Source of the DNA: an uncultured Candidatus Saccharibacteria bacterium
GTDB lineage: Bacteria; Patescibacteriota; Minisyncoccia; Phycocordibacterales; UBA6065
Assembly (NCBI GenBank): GCA_964495425.1
Contig: CAZBVG010000003.1
Coordinates: forward strand, 518-64,517
DNA: 64,000 nucleotides
Direction of reading: 5' to 3'
Part shown: positions 17,311 to 28,353 of the stretch, one piece after another
Layout: every line of letters starts with the position of its first letter
Numbering within the stretch: position 1 is the stretch's first letter
The notes under the pieces: generated by a model
Database searches by the model: none
Told to the model about the DNA's origin: nothing
What the model saw: only the letters and a program-made list of their open reading frames with translations
Position numbers and translations under genes: made by a program

Positions 17311-18419
17311 AAATTCTTTTAGCTACCGGCATATTCCCGCCGCAGATTGGAGGACCTGCGACATACTCTAAACTTCTGTACGACGAACTTCCTAAAAGAG
17401 GCATCGACGTAGAAATCGCCACATTTGGCGATTATTTAGACAAACCAAAAATTGTTCGACATTTTTTGTATTTTCTCGAACTGTTACGTAAGGCAGTGGA
17501 TGTAGATATGATTTATGCGCTTGACCCAGTTTCAGTCGGACTACCGGCTCTTTTTGCTGCCCAAGTACGTAAGAAAAAGTTTGTGTTACGAATCGCCGGT
17601 GATTATGCGTGGGAGCAGGGAGCGCAGAGGTGGGGTGTGGCCGAGACGCTCGATCAGTTTGTAAAAGAGGATGAAAAATATTCATGGCAGGTAAAATTTT
17701 TAAAGCGCATACAAACATATGTTGCTGAAGGAGCATCACAGATCATAGTGCCTTCACACTACTTAAAGGGAATTGTTGCTGCATGGGGCATTGCTGCAGA
17801 AAAAATTTCAGTTATATACAACGGTTTTCATGTGTCGGTTACTAAATCTCTCAAGCCAAGTATCAGGAAACGTCTCGGACTTACTGGTGATGTGATTGTT
17901 TCGGCAGGGAGACTTGTGCCGTGGAAAGGAATGCTTGAGGTCATTGAAATGATGCCTGAAATTTTGGAGTCTATACCAAATGCACGATTGGTGATTATTG
18001 GAGATGGACCAGAACGGCCGAATCTTGAAAAGAAAATACAGGAACTTGGTCTCGAAGCCATGGTGCGATTAACCGGCCGTCTTGATCAGGCAGAATTGTT
18101 TGAGTATGTAAAAGCTGCGGATGTCTTTGTACTCAATACTGCGTATGAAGGTCTTTCACATCAAATTCTTGAAACCATGGCTATAGGAACACCGGTTGTA
18201 ACTACTGATATAGGTGGAAACCCAGAAGTGATTGTTCATGGTCGAAGCGGTGCTTTACTTGCTCCGAACGATAAAGGAGCATTTATTGAAGCAATTAAAG
18301 GATTTCTTTCTGAACGAGCGATTGCATTTATGATTGCAAAGGAGGCAAAGAAGTCGGTAAGCAAATTCACCGATGAAGCAATGCTAGATTCTCTTGAAAA
18401 ACATCTTAAATCTATATGA
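17307..18419 (+). CDS. GT4 glycosyltransferase
   Basis: FPPQIGGP, GRLVPWKG, YEGLSH.ILETMA.G; start moved to ATG 17307. Confidence 0.9.
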   Translation: MKILLATGIFPPQIGGPATYSKLLYDELPKRGIDVEIATFGDYLDKPKIVRHFLYFLELLRKAVDVDMIYALDPVSVGLPALFAAQVRKKKFVLRIAGDYAWEQGAQRWGVAETLDQFVKEDEKYSWQVKFLKRIQTYVAEGASQIIVPSHYLKGIVAAWGIAAEKISVIYNGFHVSVTKSLKPSIRKRLGLTGDVIVSAGRLVPWKGMLEVIEMMPEILESIPNARLVIIGDGPERPNLEKKIQELGLEAMVRLTGRLDQAELFEYVKAADVFVLNTAYEGLSHQILETMAIGTPVVTTDIGGNPEVIVHGRSGALLAPNDKGAFIEAIKGFLSERAIAFMIAKEAKKSVSKFTDEAMLDSLEKHLKSI

Positions 18420-19528
18420 TCAATGTAGTCATGATTTCAACTGATGCGAAGATCCTTGAGGAGGGGTCAAGTGTTCGTGCGCGTATGCAAGACTACGGAA
18501 AACTTTTTTCTTCACTTCATATTGTGTTGTTTGTTAAAAAAAGTACTCACGCAGTTACTTCTCTTTCAGAAAATGTAACGGTATATCCAACAAATTCGAC
18601 GAGTAAATTTTTCCACATACGAGATGGTAAAAAGATAGGGGAAGATATTATTTCTTCACGTGCATTTACAGCACACGATACGATTATCACCACACAAGAT
18701 CCATTTGAAGCAGGAATAGTCGGGCTGTATCTTTCAGAGACGACTGGTATTAAACTCCATGTCCAAGTGCACACCGATCTTGGCAGTATCTTTTTTGCAG
18801 ACGGTTTTTTAAATAAAATAAGAATACTTTTCTCCAAAAAGACACTACGTAAGGCACATGCAATACGCACTGTATCTGCACGAATAAAGACATCACTTTC
18901 ACCAAAACTTCAGCATAAGGCGAGCATCCTACCGATTTTTGCTGATCTTGCTTCAATAGCGACAGCGCCAATCACTATTGATTTGGCAAAGAAGTATCCG
19001 CAATTTAAAAAGATTGCACTCATCGCATCTCGTTTTACAAAAGAAAAAGATATATATACGGCACTCCGCGCGTTTAATATTGTTCACAAATCATATGCGG
19101 ATTCGGGATTAGTCATTGTTGGTTCTGGTCCGCTTTTGCCAGAGATCATGACGAAAGTTCAGGGATTTAAAGGGGCGGTTATATTGGAAGATTGGGCCGA
19201 TCAAAAAACACTCATCTCATACATGAAAACGTGTGATGTATTTGTGTCCTCGTCTCTTTATGAAGGTTATGGACTTTCAATGCTTGAGGCGCATGCTGCA
19301 GGTGCGCTACTTGTAGCAACTAATGCTGGGATAGCACCGCTTTTAACAAGCGAAGAATGTTTGGTCGAACCTGGGGATTTGCATGGCCTTGCCGAAGCCC
19401 TTAAAAAGGCCTTTTCTTGCCTTGTAAGGAATAAGGACTATAAGTACCCGTATACCTCAAAACAGGCCTATTTAGAGGCTTTTAAGGCCGATATAGAGCG
19501 TACTTTGCTATACTTAAGCCATGAATAA
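18416..19528 (+). CDS. GT4 glycosyltransferase
   Basis: SRFTKEK, SSLYEGYGLSMLEA. Confidence 0.88.
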   Translation: MINVVMISTDAKILEEGSSVRARMQDYGKLFSSLHIVLFVKKSTHAVTSLSENVTVYPTNSTSKFFHIRDGKKIGEDIISSRAFTAHDTIITTQDPFEAGIVGLYLSETTGIKLHVQVHTDLGSIFFADGFLNKIRILFSKKTLRKAHAIRTVSARIKTSLSPKLQHKASILPIFADLASIATAPITIDLAKKYPQFKKIALIASRFTKEKDIYTALRAFNIVHKSYADSGLVIVGSGPLLPEIMTKVQGFKGAVILEDWADQKTLISYMKTCDVFVSSSLYEGYGLSMLEAHAAGALLVATNAGIAPLLTSEECLVEPGDLHGLAEALKKAFSCLVRNKDYKYPYTSKQAYLEAFKADIERTLLYLSHE

Positions 19529-19946
19529 CCCGCTTCTGGCACCTATTCGGTTTGGTCTCGATATTTTTCACAGATCTACATTCGTACGATATGTGTTTTC
19601 TGGGGGTACCGCTGCAGCTATTGATGTAGCACTACTGTATATTTTGGTTGAGTATTTCAATGTCTATTACATTTCAGCGGCTATTTTTTCTATGACTGTT
19701 TCATTTATTGCACGATTTTTATTACAAAAATATGTGACATTTGAAGATAAAGATGAGACTCATGCAACAAAACAATTCATTCTTTATACCGTTTTGTATT
19801 TTGCGAGCCTCACTGCAACAACCGCACTTCTGTATCTCTTTGTTGATATGTTGGGATTCTGGTATCTACCATCCCAAATAGCTTCAATACTTTTGATTGC
19901 ATCAGGTTGTTTCTTTATTTACCGACTTTTTATTTTTAAAAAATAA
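19521..19946 (+). CDS. GtrA family membrane protein
   Basis: FVRYVFSGGTAAAID; four TM segments. Confidence 0.85.
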   Translation: MNNPLLAPIRFGLDIFHRSTFVRYVFSGGTAAAIDVALLYILVEYFNVYYISAAIFSMTVSFIARFLLQKYVTFEDKDETHATKQFILYTVLYFASLTATTALLYLFVDMLGFWYLPSQIASILLIASGCFFIYRLFIFKK

Positions 19947-20980
19947 TGAAGCTACTGATTCTTACTCAAGTAATAGATAAAAACGATCCAGTGCTCGGAT
20001 TCTTTCACCGCTGGGTAGGAGAGTTTTCAAAACAAGTCAGCTCTATTTCGGTTATTTGTTTGAAGCAGGGTTTATATGATTTACCTGCCAATGTAAAAGT
20101 CTATTCGCTTGGAAAGGAGACTAAGCCATCACGAATCTCATATGTTTTGAATTTTTATAAATATATTTCAAGCTTAAGAGGTGATTATGATGTCGTACTC
20201 GTACACATGAATCAGGAATATGTCTTGCTTGGCGGATTGTTATGGAAGCTGTGGGGAAAGCGCGTATATATGTGGCGCAATCATCATGCGGGAAGTATAT
20301 GGACTGATATTGCAGCGCAGTTTTGTACCACTGTGTTCTGCACATCCAAGTTTTCGTATACAGCAAAATATGAAAAGACTATGCTTATGCCCGTGGGAGT
20401 AGATACCAATTTTTTTAAAAGAGATATATTAGTACAGCGAAAACATAATTCAATTCTTTTTTTGGGAAGAGTTGCACCCGTGAAGAAGCCGCATGTTTTA
20501 CTCGAAGCTCTCCAGGTGCTTCGTTCAAAGAAAGTTCAATTTACCGCATCGTTTTATGGAAATGCGTTACCACAAGATGCTGCGTATCTTCGAGAACTTA
20601 ACAAGCGAACTGAGAGCTGGGGACTTTCTGATATTGTCACATTTCATCCGGGTATACCGAATGATGCTACACCGAAAATATATAGCGAGCATGAGGTGTT
20701 TGTGAATCTTTCTTCATCAGGAATGTATGATAAAACGATATTTGAGGCTGCGGCATGCGAATCGATGATACTTGCATCTAATGAAAATCTTCGAGGGCTT
20801 ATTGATGATGCTTATATTTGTAGGGATGATGATCCCGAAGAGATTGCATATAAGCTTCAGGCGCTTCTTTTAAAAACAACTAACGAAAAGGTACGAGTGG
20901 GTGGAGTGCTTCGTAAAATCACTGAAGAGAATCATAGTTTGGACAAGTTGAGCGCACGTTTGGTAATTTCAATGCAATGA
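19946..20980 (+). CDS. GT4 glycosyltransferase
   Basis: LGRVAPVK, SGMYDKTIFEAAAC. Confidence 0.85.
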   Translation: MKLLILTQVIDKNDPVLGFFHRWVGEFSKQVSSISVICLKQGLYDLPANVKVYSLGKETKPSRISYVLNFYKYISSLRGDYDVVLVHMNQEYVLLGGLLWKLWGKRVYMWRNHHAGSIWTDIAAQFCTTVFCTSKFSYTAKYEKTMLMPVGVDTNFFKRDILVQRKHNSILFLGRVAPVKKPHVLLEALQVLRSKKVQFTASFYGNALPQDAAYLRELNKRTESWGLSDIVTFHPGIPNDATPKIYSEHEVFVNLSSSGMYDKTIFEAAACESMILASNENLRGLIDDAYICRDDDPEEIAYKLQALLLKTTNEKVRVGGVLRKITEENHSLDKLSARLVISMQ

Positions 20981-21612
20981 ATCTTATTTTTAAAAATAAA
21001 CGAGAACTTATAGCAGCATGTATTGATCGAGATGATGTTGTTCTTGATGTGGGATTTTGGGGTCAAGGTGTGAGCGCAAAAGATGATAATTGGGTACATA
21101 AAATTTTACGTGAACGGGCAAAGGATGTCTGGGCGTTTGATCTCGAGTATGACGAAAAGCGTCTCCCTGGACCAAAGAAAAATTATTTTATTGGAGATGC
21201 AGAGAATTTTGCAGTAGATAAAAAGTTCGATGTGATCTTTGCTGGTGATTTGATTGAACATCTTTCAAATCCTGGCCTCTTTTTACTGCAGGCTAAGAAA
21301 CACATGAAGCCGGGCGGAAAGCTTATCTTGTCGACCCCGAATGCGTTTAACCTTTTTAATCTTTTTGAAAAGATAAGTAAGAGAGAACCAACGGTAAACA
21401 GAGAGCACACATGTTATTTCAATTCCAAGACACTTTCGGTTCTTCTTGAGCGAAATGGTTGGAAAGTTGATTCGGTTGATTTTCTCTACTCACTTGGCGT
21501 TCAGTATAAAGAAAGTCTTAAAAAGAAAATTTTGAATGTTTTGTACAAAATACTTTCTTTATTTACATCTAAATTTGTTGAAACGCTTGTGATAACGGCG
21601 ACGATAAAATAG
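20977..21612 (+). CDS. class I SAM-dependent methyltransferase
   Basis: VLDVG, FDVIFAGDLIEHL.NPG, LILSTPN. Confidence 0.88.
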   Translation: MNLIFKNKRELIAACIDRDDVVLDVGFWGQGVSAKDDNWVHKILRERAKDVWAFDLEYDEKRLPGPKKNYFIGDAENFAVDKKFDVIFAGDLIEHLSNPGLFLLQAKKHMKPGGKLILSTPNAFNLFNLFEKISKREPTVNREHTCYFNSKTLSVLLERNGWKVDSVDFLYSLGVQYKESLKKKILNVLYKILSLFTSKFVETLVITATIK

Positions 21613-21644
21613 TACGTATGGTTCGTTATATTTACCGCAACAAA

Positions 21645-22784
21645 ATGAAGAAAAAACTCTATTTAGTCTTTCATGGAAGATTTCCGAGCGAGAAAGCAGC
21701 GGCGCTTTTTGCCGCAAAAAGCGCCGCCTCATTTGCCAAACACTTTGACGTCACACTTATTGTTCCAAAACGAAAGGGAGTTAGTCAGGATGATCCATAT
21801 ACCTTTTATTCTGTAGAGCGTAATTTTTCTATCGAATATGTCTGGACACTTGATGTGTTTACTATACCGCTCTTGAAGCGCATTGCTTTTTGGACAAGCT
21901 TCATCGCCTTTTCGGCATCAGTATATTTTCATTTGATGAAGCGTGCGGATAAACAAGACATTATTTACTCAAATGAGTCTCTGCCGCTCTTTCTTCTATC
22001 TTGGGATTTCAAAAATACTTTTTATGAAATGCACGACTTTCCCGAAAGCAAAATCACCTTTTTTGGAAGGTTTCTTTCACGAATGAAATGGGTGCTCATA
22101 CATAATCGCTGGAAGTTGGGGGAAGTGCAAAAACTTTTTCCTAAAATCCCTGGATCAAAATATCTCTATGAACCTAACGCTGTTGATGTGACGGCTTTTG
22201 ATATTGCGATTTCAAAGCAAGATGCGCGCAAAAAGCTTTCATTACCAACTTCTAAAAAAATCGCAGTATACACGGGGCATCTCTATGGTTGGAAAGGTGT
22301 TGATACTTTGGCACAGGCAGCGAAACTACTTTCTGATGAATATCTAGTTATTTTTGTGGGAGGTACTCCAGCGGATGTAGAAGCTCTTAAAAAGAAATAT
22401 CAGGCAAATACGATTTCAATTGTAGGATTTAGACCACACGAAGAGATGCCTTTGTGGCAGAAAGCTGCAGATGTTTTGGTTCTCCCAAATACGGCGAAAG
22501 AAAAAATCTCAATGTACTACACGTCTCCGATGAAGCTGTATGAATATATGGCAAGCGGTAGACCAATTATCGCCTCAAGTATCCCATCTATTCGCGAGAT
22601 TGTTGATGAGCATTCTGCGTATCTAACCATTCCTGATGATCCAGATGCTTTCGCAAAGGCACTTATTGAAGTGACGGGAAATCCAGGAAAGTACGAGTCT
22701 CAGGCAAAGGAAGCCTACAAAAAAGTACTTGATCATACATGGGATAAAAGAGCGGCGCGCATAGTATCATATATGGGTCTATGA
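21645..22784 (+). CDS. GT4 glycosyltransferase
   Basis: YTGHLYGWKG, SPMKLYEYMASGRPI; start probably MKKKLY. Confidence 0.88.
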   Translation: MKKKLYLVFHGRFPSEKAAALFAAKSAASFAKHFDVTLIVPKRKGVSQDDPYTFYSVERNFSIEYVWTLDVFTIPLLKRIAFWTSFIAFSASVYFHLMKRADKQDIIYSNESLPLFLLSWDFKNTFYEMHDFPESKITFFGRFLSRMKWVLIHNRWKLGEVQKLFPKIPGSKYLYEPNAVDVTAFDIAISKQDARKKLSLPTSKKIAVYTGHLYGWKGVDTLAQAAKLLSDEYLVIFVGGTPADVEALKKKYQANTISIVGFRPHEEMPLWQKAADVLVLPNTAKEKISMYYTSPMKLYEYMASGRPIIASSIPSIREIVDEHSAYLTIPDDPDAFAKALIEVTGNPGKYESQAKEAYKKVLDHTWDKRAARIVSYMGL

Positions 22785-24157
22785 AAGAGTGGATCAAGGC
22801 TCACAAATTTGAAGTAATTCTATTTTTCTGTGCGCTCTTTGTGCGCGTGGTTCTTTTTTCAATTAACTTTTCGGTTAATAACCACGATCTTATTCCGACA
22901 ATTAAAGGGGATGATGGGTATTATGAATTAAGTCAGAATATCAACGCCGGAAATGGTTTTACATTTGATGTAGCGCCGCCGTTTAGGCCAAATCCACTTC
23001 GTCCACCACTTTGGCCAATGTTTATAGCCACCGTTTCACATATATTTGGATATTGGGGAGTTTTGATCTTTGAACTTATCTTGGGTTCATTCATACCTGT
23101 TTTGGGATATTTTGTTGCACGAAGATTGGTGGGAGAAAAACTTTCAAAATGGGTTGCGGGATTTCTTGTTTTTGAGCCATATTCAGTTCTCCTTTCTTTC
23201 ATCCTTTATACTGAAACTTCGTTTACGTTCTTTTTCCTCATCTTTCTCATATTTCTCTTCAGGTATATTGAGAAGCAAACAATACGTAATGCAATTTGGA
23301 CTGGAGTGTTTCTTGGACTTGCATGCATGATCAAACCAACCGTTCAATTTTTTCCACTTCTTATTCCTGTTGCTCTTGCAATTCTTTGGCGGAGAAATCT
23401 TACAAAACCACTTTTGAAGCACGCGTTACTCTTTGTGGTGAGTTTCTTTGTAATAATTTCACCATGGCTTTGGCGCAATCATGTAGAGTTTGGAGTTTGG
23501 GGAATTAGTGCACAGCCAGCCTTTAATCTCTACGTGTATCTTGTACCTACGGTGCTTTCAATTGATAATCATACAAATTTTAAAACTGAGTACGATTCGT
23601 TTGTCAAAAAAGATAATTTTGATGAGAACAATATAAATCTCTCGAACTCGCCGTTCTATAAAGCTGAGGCAATGAAGGTTATCAAGGAACATAAAACTGC
23701 TCTTATAAAGGCAGCCCTTATTTCTGGTGTTACATTCTTTACTCACGATGGAATGCTAACTGTTTTGCAATATTCAGGCATCACAACGCCAAACGTTTTA
23801 ACAAAACCTGTAATTACACTTCTTAAAGAACCTCTTGAGCTTTTTAAAGTAATTGGAAAGTATGTTCAAAGTTCAGCAGTGCTCATTCTTATGATGCGTC
23901 TCGTGTGGATACTTGTCACAATACTCTTTCTTGTCGGAGTTTTTCTTATGTTTAAGCGAGAGGGTTTGAGGGCGTTCGTACTTGCAGCGTTTCTCATGAT
24001 TCTCTATTTTGCAGCAACCACATGTATTAATGGATTGGGTGTAAATGCTCGTTTCAGAATCCCAATTAATGTCTTCATATTATCCTTTGCTATCTATGCA
24101 ATATTTGCTATAAAGGAGCGACTCTATGAAGCTTTCCGTAATCATTCCCGCGTATAA
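22781..24157 (+). CDS. GT-C fold (PMT/ArnT-like) membrane glycosyltransferase
   Basis: GDDGYY, RPPLWP, YTE, ~11 TM, SPWLWRN, NARFRIP. Confidence 0.78.
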   Translation: MKEWIKAHKFEVILFFCALFVRVVLFSINFSVNNHDLIPTIKGDDGYYELSQNINAGNGFTFDVAPPFRPNPLRPPLWPMFIATVSHIFGYWGVLIFELILGSFIPVLGYFVARRLVGEKLSKWVAGFLVFEPYSVLLSFILYTETSFTFFFLIFLIFLFRYIEKQTIRNAIWTGVFLGLACMIKPTVQFFPLLIPVALAILWRRNLTKPLLKHALLFVVSFFVIISPWLWRNHVEFGVWGISAQPAFNLYVYLVPTVLSIDNHTNFKTEYDSFVKKDNFDENNINLSNSPFYKAEAMKVIKEHKTALIKAALISGVTFFTHDGMLTVLQYSGITTPNVLTKPVITLLKEPLELFKVIGKYVQSSAVLILMMRLVWILVTILFLVGVFLMFKREGLRAFVLAAFLMILYFAATTCINGLGVNARFRIPINVFILSFAIYAIFAIKERLYEAFRNHSRV

Positions 24158-25682
24158 CGAAGAGGCGACTCTCAGAAAAATCCTTGATTCTGTGCTCAGT
24201 GTGTCTTTTTCTGCTTGGGAAAAGGAAATTATTGTTATTGATGATGCTTCAACTGATAAAACGCCGCAGATTCTCCAAAGCTATGGTAATCGAATAAAAG
24301 CGGTTCGACTTCCAAAAAATGGTGGCAAGGGGACTGCCGTTGAACGAGGCCTTAAAGAGGCGACCGGCGATTACATTATCATTCAAGATGCAGACCTCGA
24401 ATACAATCCAAAAGAGATTCCTCAGTTTTTGGAAATCATAAATAAGGGAGGTGCGCATGTTGTGTATGGTTCAAGAAATCTCCATCACGTAAAGCGCGAA
24501 GGTTTTTATTTCCAACGACTCGGTGTATGGATTATTACCAAGCTTATAAACGGCATGTATTCCGCACAGCTCACAGACGTGTGGACGTGCTACAAGCTTT
24601 TCCCTGCTCACACCAAAAAACATTTTACTTCAGGGAGATTTGAATCTGAACTCTTGTTTACGGCAGCTCTTCTACGTGAGGGATATAAAATTATAGAAGT
24701 GCCGATTTCACATACACCTCGTGATGCAGGTGCCGGCAAGAAAATTCGTTATCGTGACGGCTTTCGAGCGATTCAGCTTTTACTTGCTGATAGACTTCTG
24801 AATTTACGAAAGCCGCAGATTCGCCAGACCGCTGATCATTCTCATATTATCTGTTGCCCGTTTTGCAAAGAAGATTTGATGAAGTCTGACAAAGGACTTG
24901 TGTGTAAAACTCATGGACATTTTACTGTCGATGAGTCTCGCCGACCGATTCTTATTGAAAAGAATATTTATGAACACAATTCAAATCAGCATGAGTCAGG
25001 AGTAAATTGGCTTAAATCTTTCTTTAAACAATTTCCAAAAATTTATTATTCAATTTGGCATGTCTTTTGCCCTGTGATGATGCTTGTGAATGGGCCGCGA
25101 ATGGTTTTGGATAAAGTTTCAAAGGGAAGTCGGGTGATTGATGTTGGTTCTGGTCCCGAACGATTGGGCAAAGAATTCATCAATGTCGATATCTTTCCAT
25201 TTCCAGAAGTAGATATTGTTTCAGATGCGACGAAACTTCCGTTTAAGAACAATACGATTGATGCTGCGGTATCAGAATCACTTTTTGAACATGTACCAGA
25301 TGCACATCTTGTGGCGCGAGAAATGGTTCGTGTTGTTAAACCGGGTGGTTATGTGTATGTAAGCGCACCGTTTATGCACCCGTATCATGCGTCGCCTGAT
25401 GACTTTAATCGATGGACAATATCGGGTCTCAAACACATGTTTCATGATCTTGAAATTGTTGAATCTGGTGTGAGATCAGGTCCGTGGTCTACGTTTTTGA
25501 TGTTTCTTGCGTATTGGCTCGGTGTTATCTTTTCGTTCGGCTCACGAAAGATTGCACCATTTCTCGCGCATATCTTTATGCTTATTCTTGGTCCGATCAA
25601 ATATCTTGATTATATTTTCATTCACATTCCGGGGTCGGATGCCGTGGCGACCCATCTCTATATTTTGGGGAAGAAGAAATAG
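24126..25682 (+). CDS. fusion of DPM1-like GT2, a Cys knuckle and a SAM methyltransferase
   Basis: VIIPAYNE, IDDASTD, QDADLEY; CCPFC..C..H; IDVGSG, FEHV, VKPGG. Confidence 0.85.
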   Translation: MKLSVIIPAYNEEATLRKILDSVLSVSFSAWEKEIIVIDDASTDKTPQILQSYGNRIKAVRLPKNGGKGTAVERGLKEATGDYIIIQDADLEYNPKEIPQFLEIINKGGAHVVYGSRNLHHVKREGFYFQRLGVWIITKLINGMYSAQLTDVWTCYKLFPAHTKKHFTSGRFESELLFTAALLREGYKIIEVPISHTPRDAGAGKKIRYRDGFRAIQLLLADRLLNLRKPQIRQTADHSHIICCPFCKEDLMKSDKGLVCKTHGHFTVDESRRPILIEKNIYEHNSNQHESGVNWLKSFFKQFPKIYYSIWHVFCPVMMLVNGPRMVLDKVSKGSRVIDVGSGPERLGKEFINVDIFPFPEVDIVSDATKLPFKNNTIDAAVSESLFEHVPDAHLVAREMVRVVKPGGYVYVSAPFMHPYHASPDDFNRWTISGLKHMFHDLEIVESGVRSGPWSTFLMFLAYWLGVIFSFGSRKIAPFLAHIFMLILGPIKYLDYIFIHIPGSDAVATHLYILGKKK

Positions 25683-26609
25683 TTAATATTGAACCATCGT
25701 ACAATATTTATTTTCAAAAAAAGTATTCTTGCCAAAGTAATAATTCCAATCAACTGATTCTCGTTTAAAAATGATGTGAGGAATGTTTCCTAAATATGAA
25801 GCGAAGTCTCCGAAGCTCGAATCTGATCCAAGAACAATATCTGTGCGAGAGAGTACAAAGAGATCATGGATCGCAGAAAGGGGAGATATGAGGATATTGA
25901 GGCCCGTAAAAAACTCTGTACGGATTTTGCCATCTGATGTTATTACAAAACACACTTCCTCCTTTGTTTTTCCGGAGAATTTTAAATATTCATCCAATAT
26001 TTCACGAACCCTTGTTTGTTCGATCCAATATGCGCCGTTTTTAAATTCTTTATAATCGCCCTGACGAATGTGAACACCGACAACGTGTTTGAATTTTCGA
26101 GCCTGGGCAACAAAGGCATCTACTTCAGTCTTAATTTTTTCTATGGGTTTGAAATATTCGACGATTTCATTTCGATACTTTTCAAGTCCACGGGGATTAC
26201 GGAAAAGCCATCCAGAAAAATAGATTTGTCCTTCAATTTCAAGGCGCTTTAAGTCCTCAGTCGCCATCTGTGTTGGGGGTAAATAGTAGACCTGATTATT
26301 TGAATTTACAGATGAAATGACTGAGTTGGGATGGCGGGCATATACAAACTTTGCCCAGAATTTGTAGAGCTTGCGCCAGGTCTTGGGCAAAAGCTTGTTT
26401 CGACGGCCTCTATACGCTCTAAAAGGGCTGTATAAGAGCATATCTGCCACATAGCCGCGTCTTATCTGAAACATGCTCCCGTACTCGTAAAATGAGGGAT
26501 TTTCGAGCTTAAAGCCGGTTTCAAGCGTATAGGCATAGATGCTCGCATAGTTCCAAAGCTGATTCGCTAGTTCACCGCCGCCGTGCTCAATAATGACTGC
26601 TTTTTTCAT
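25683..26609 (-). CDS. GT11-like (alpha-1,2-fucosyl/colitosyltransferase family) protein
   Basis: GGELANQL, GVHIRQGDY, SSFG. Confidence 0.75.
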   Translation of the reverse strand: MKKAVIIEHGGGELANQLWNYASIYAYTLETGFKLENPSFYEYGSMFQIRRGYVADMLLYSPFRAYRGRRNKLLPKTWRKLYKFWAKFVYARHPNSVISSVNSNNQVYYLPPTQMATEDLKRLEIEGQIYFSGWLFRNPRGLEKYRNEIVEYFKPIEKIKTEVDAFVAQARKFKHVVGVHIRQGDYKEFKNGAYWIEQTRVREILDEYLKFSGKTKEEVCFVITSDGKIRTEFFTGLNILISPLSAIHDLFVLSRTDIVLGSDSSFGDFASYLGNIPHIIFKRESVDWNYYFGKNTFFENKYCTMVQY

Positions 26610-27373
26610 TATTTTTTGAAGTAATAAAGGCCCGTTCCAAAACCCTTCTTTGGATCGTATGAGCTTTCAAGATTTCGTCCGTAAATGTACTTTTCTTCAA
26701 CGAGCTTCATGTCTTTAAAAAGTTCAAGAACTCGATTGCGGGTAAATGCGCGGTGTGCGTTGAAATATGTTTTATTTTCCGCATCGATTGGAACAGAAAT
26801 ATAGAGTGAACCGTTTGTTGCAAGAACTCGCTTTAATTCTTTCGCTGCTTTTTCAGTACCAAATTGATCAAGAGGGTCACCATATCGTCCAAGTCCAATG
26901 TGTTCGATCACACAAATAGATGAGAGCGATTCAATCTCGCCGTCTTTGATAGGAAGTTTGGTAATGTCGCCTTGAACAAATGAAAGTCCAGGAAGAGAGA
27001 TGGTGAGGGGGCGAATATCAACCATGGTTGTCGGTGTAAACTGCGAAATGATTCCAACCATGAGCGCCTGTGAAGCAATATCAACGTGCTTCTTTGGCTT
27101 TGCTTCAAAAACTTTCTTTGCGCACCAGCAGCCCTGGATAAAATACACAGGATCGATTTCATGGCTACCGGTTTTGTCTTGAATGCGAGGGAAGAGATCA
27201 GCAACACTTATTTTGTATGCCGTATTATGTTCAAGCTTTCTGTATGAATGCCAGTCTTTAAAATATGAAGAGAGCTGTTTAATTCGAGTAACAAATCCCG
27301 GTTTAATTCGAAAAGCTCGAGCCGTGACTACGAGATATTTGAGTGCAGAAATATTTTTGAGTTTTTCTTTCAT
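26609..27373 (-). CDS. DUF268-type SAM-dependent methyltransferase
   Basis: SSICVIEHIGLGRYGDPLD, FNAHR. Confidence 0.8.
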   Translation of the reverse strand: MKEKLKNISALKYLVVTARAFRIKPGFVTRIKQLSSYFKDWHSYRKLEHNTAYKISVADLFPRIQDKTGSHEIDPVYFIQGCWCAKKVFEAKPKKHVDIASQALMVGIISQFTPTTMVDIRPLTISLPGLSFVQGDITKLPIKDGEIESLSSICVIEHIGLGRYGDPLDQFGTEKAAKELKRVLATNGSLYISVPIDAENKTYFNAHRAFTRNRVLELFKDMKLVEEKYIYGRNLESSYDPKKGFGTGLYYFKK

Positions 27374-27375
27374 GA

Positions 27376-28353
27376 CTAAAACGTAACTTCTTTAAAATTG
27401 TGTTTTGGAAAACCCCAATCCGGAGAGTATTCCTTGTATGGAATTTTTGTATCAAGCATGCGCTTTGCATCTTCTACGAATTTCGCATGAGATGCAAGGT
27501 ATTTAACGCCTTTGTGGTGATGATAAATATGATAAAGAGGCTGGGTCAAAATAGTCTGTGAATAGCCTTTGCAATACAAAATATACAGAATGTAACCGTC
27601 GAGGACACCTGAACCAACCGTGACCTCATCGTATCCACGCGATTTTTCGAGCGCTGATTGGTGGAGCATAAGGAAATCTCCTGCAGCATTGGTGTGCATG
27701 AGAGAAGTATTGTTACCTTTCTTGTGCATAAAATTAAACGCGGGGCATTGAAGGAAAATTTTCTTTGTTCTTCCATGTATTAAAGCTGAAAGCCATTCTT
27801 TCCAGGAAACATATTCTGTCCCGTCGTTGTACATTATCTTTATAGTATTTCCCTCGGCGAGTTTGAGCACATCTGGAGCCGTAAGGTTTGCATCAACACT
27901 ATTTATTGAGAGATCTCTTCGATTCACGCGATAAAATTGTTTGGCATCAATTTTCTTGCTCGCAATAAAATCAAATAACTCGTTGCTGTAAAGAACATCA
28001 GGGTTTGTAGCGATAATCCATTCACCACGAGAGCGTCTCATGCCAATATTTTTTGCGATAAATTCACAAATAGGAACTTTCTCATTGTCAGGCAGAGAAA
28101 GGTGAAATTCTTTTGGTACGACAAAGAATCTTACTTCAAAGAATTCGTTTTTTGGAATTGTAAGGCTTTGGTTTAAAAAAGGTTTTCCTTCGACAGGATT
28201 ATATTCAACAAACACCATCTCTGTTGGTAGTTTTGTGCGTTCTGCCTGATAAGCAAGTACCTTAAGAAAGGCATTTATTCGGTTGATCCAATTGCCACCA
28301 TAATCATCATTTCGAGCCATGGCTACAACAGAAAGGAAGGGTTTTTGCATCAC
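27376..28353 (-). CDS. GT-A fold glycosyltransferase-like protein
   Basis: SVV..ARNDDYGG, AKNIG.RR.RGEWI..TNPD, AAGDF. Confidence 0.7.
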   Translation of the reverse strand: MMQKPFLSVVAMARNDDYGGNWINRINAFLKVLAYQAERTKLPTEMVFVEYNPVEGKPFLNQSLTIPKNEFFEVRFFVVPKEFHLSLPDNEKVPICEFIAKNIGMRRSRGEWIIATNPDVLYSNELFDFIASKKIDAKQFYRVNRRDLSINSVDANLTAPDVLKLAEGNTIKIMYNDGTEYVSWKEWLSALIHGRTKKIFLQCPAFNFMHKKGNNTSLMHTNAAGDFLMLHQSALEKSRGYDEVTVGSGVLDGYILYILYCKGYSQTILTQPLYHIYHHHKGVKYLASHAKFVEDAKRMLDTKIPYKEYSPDWGFPKHNFKEVTF

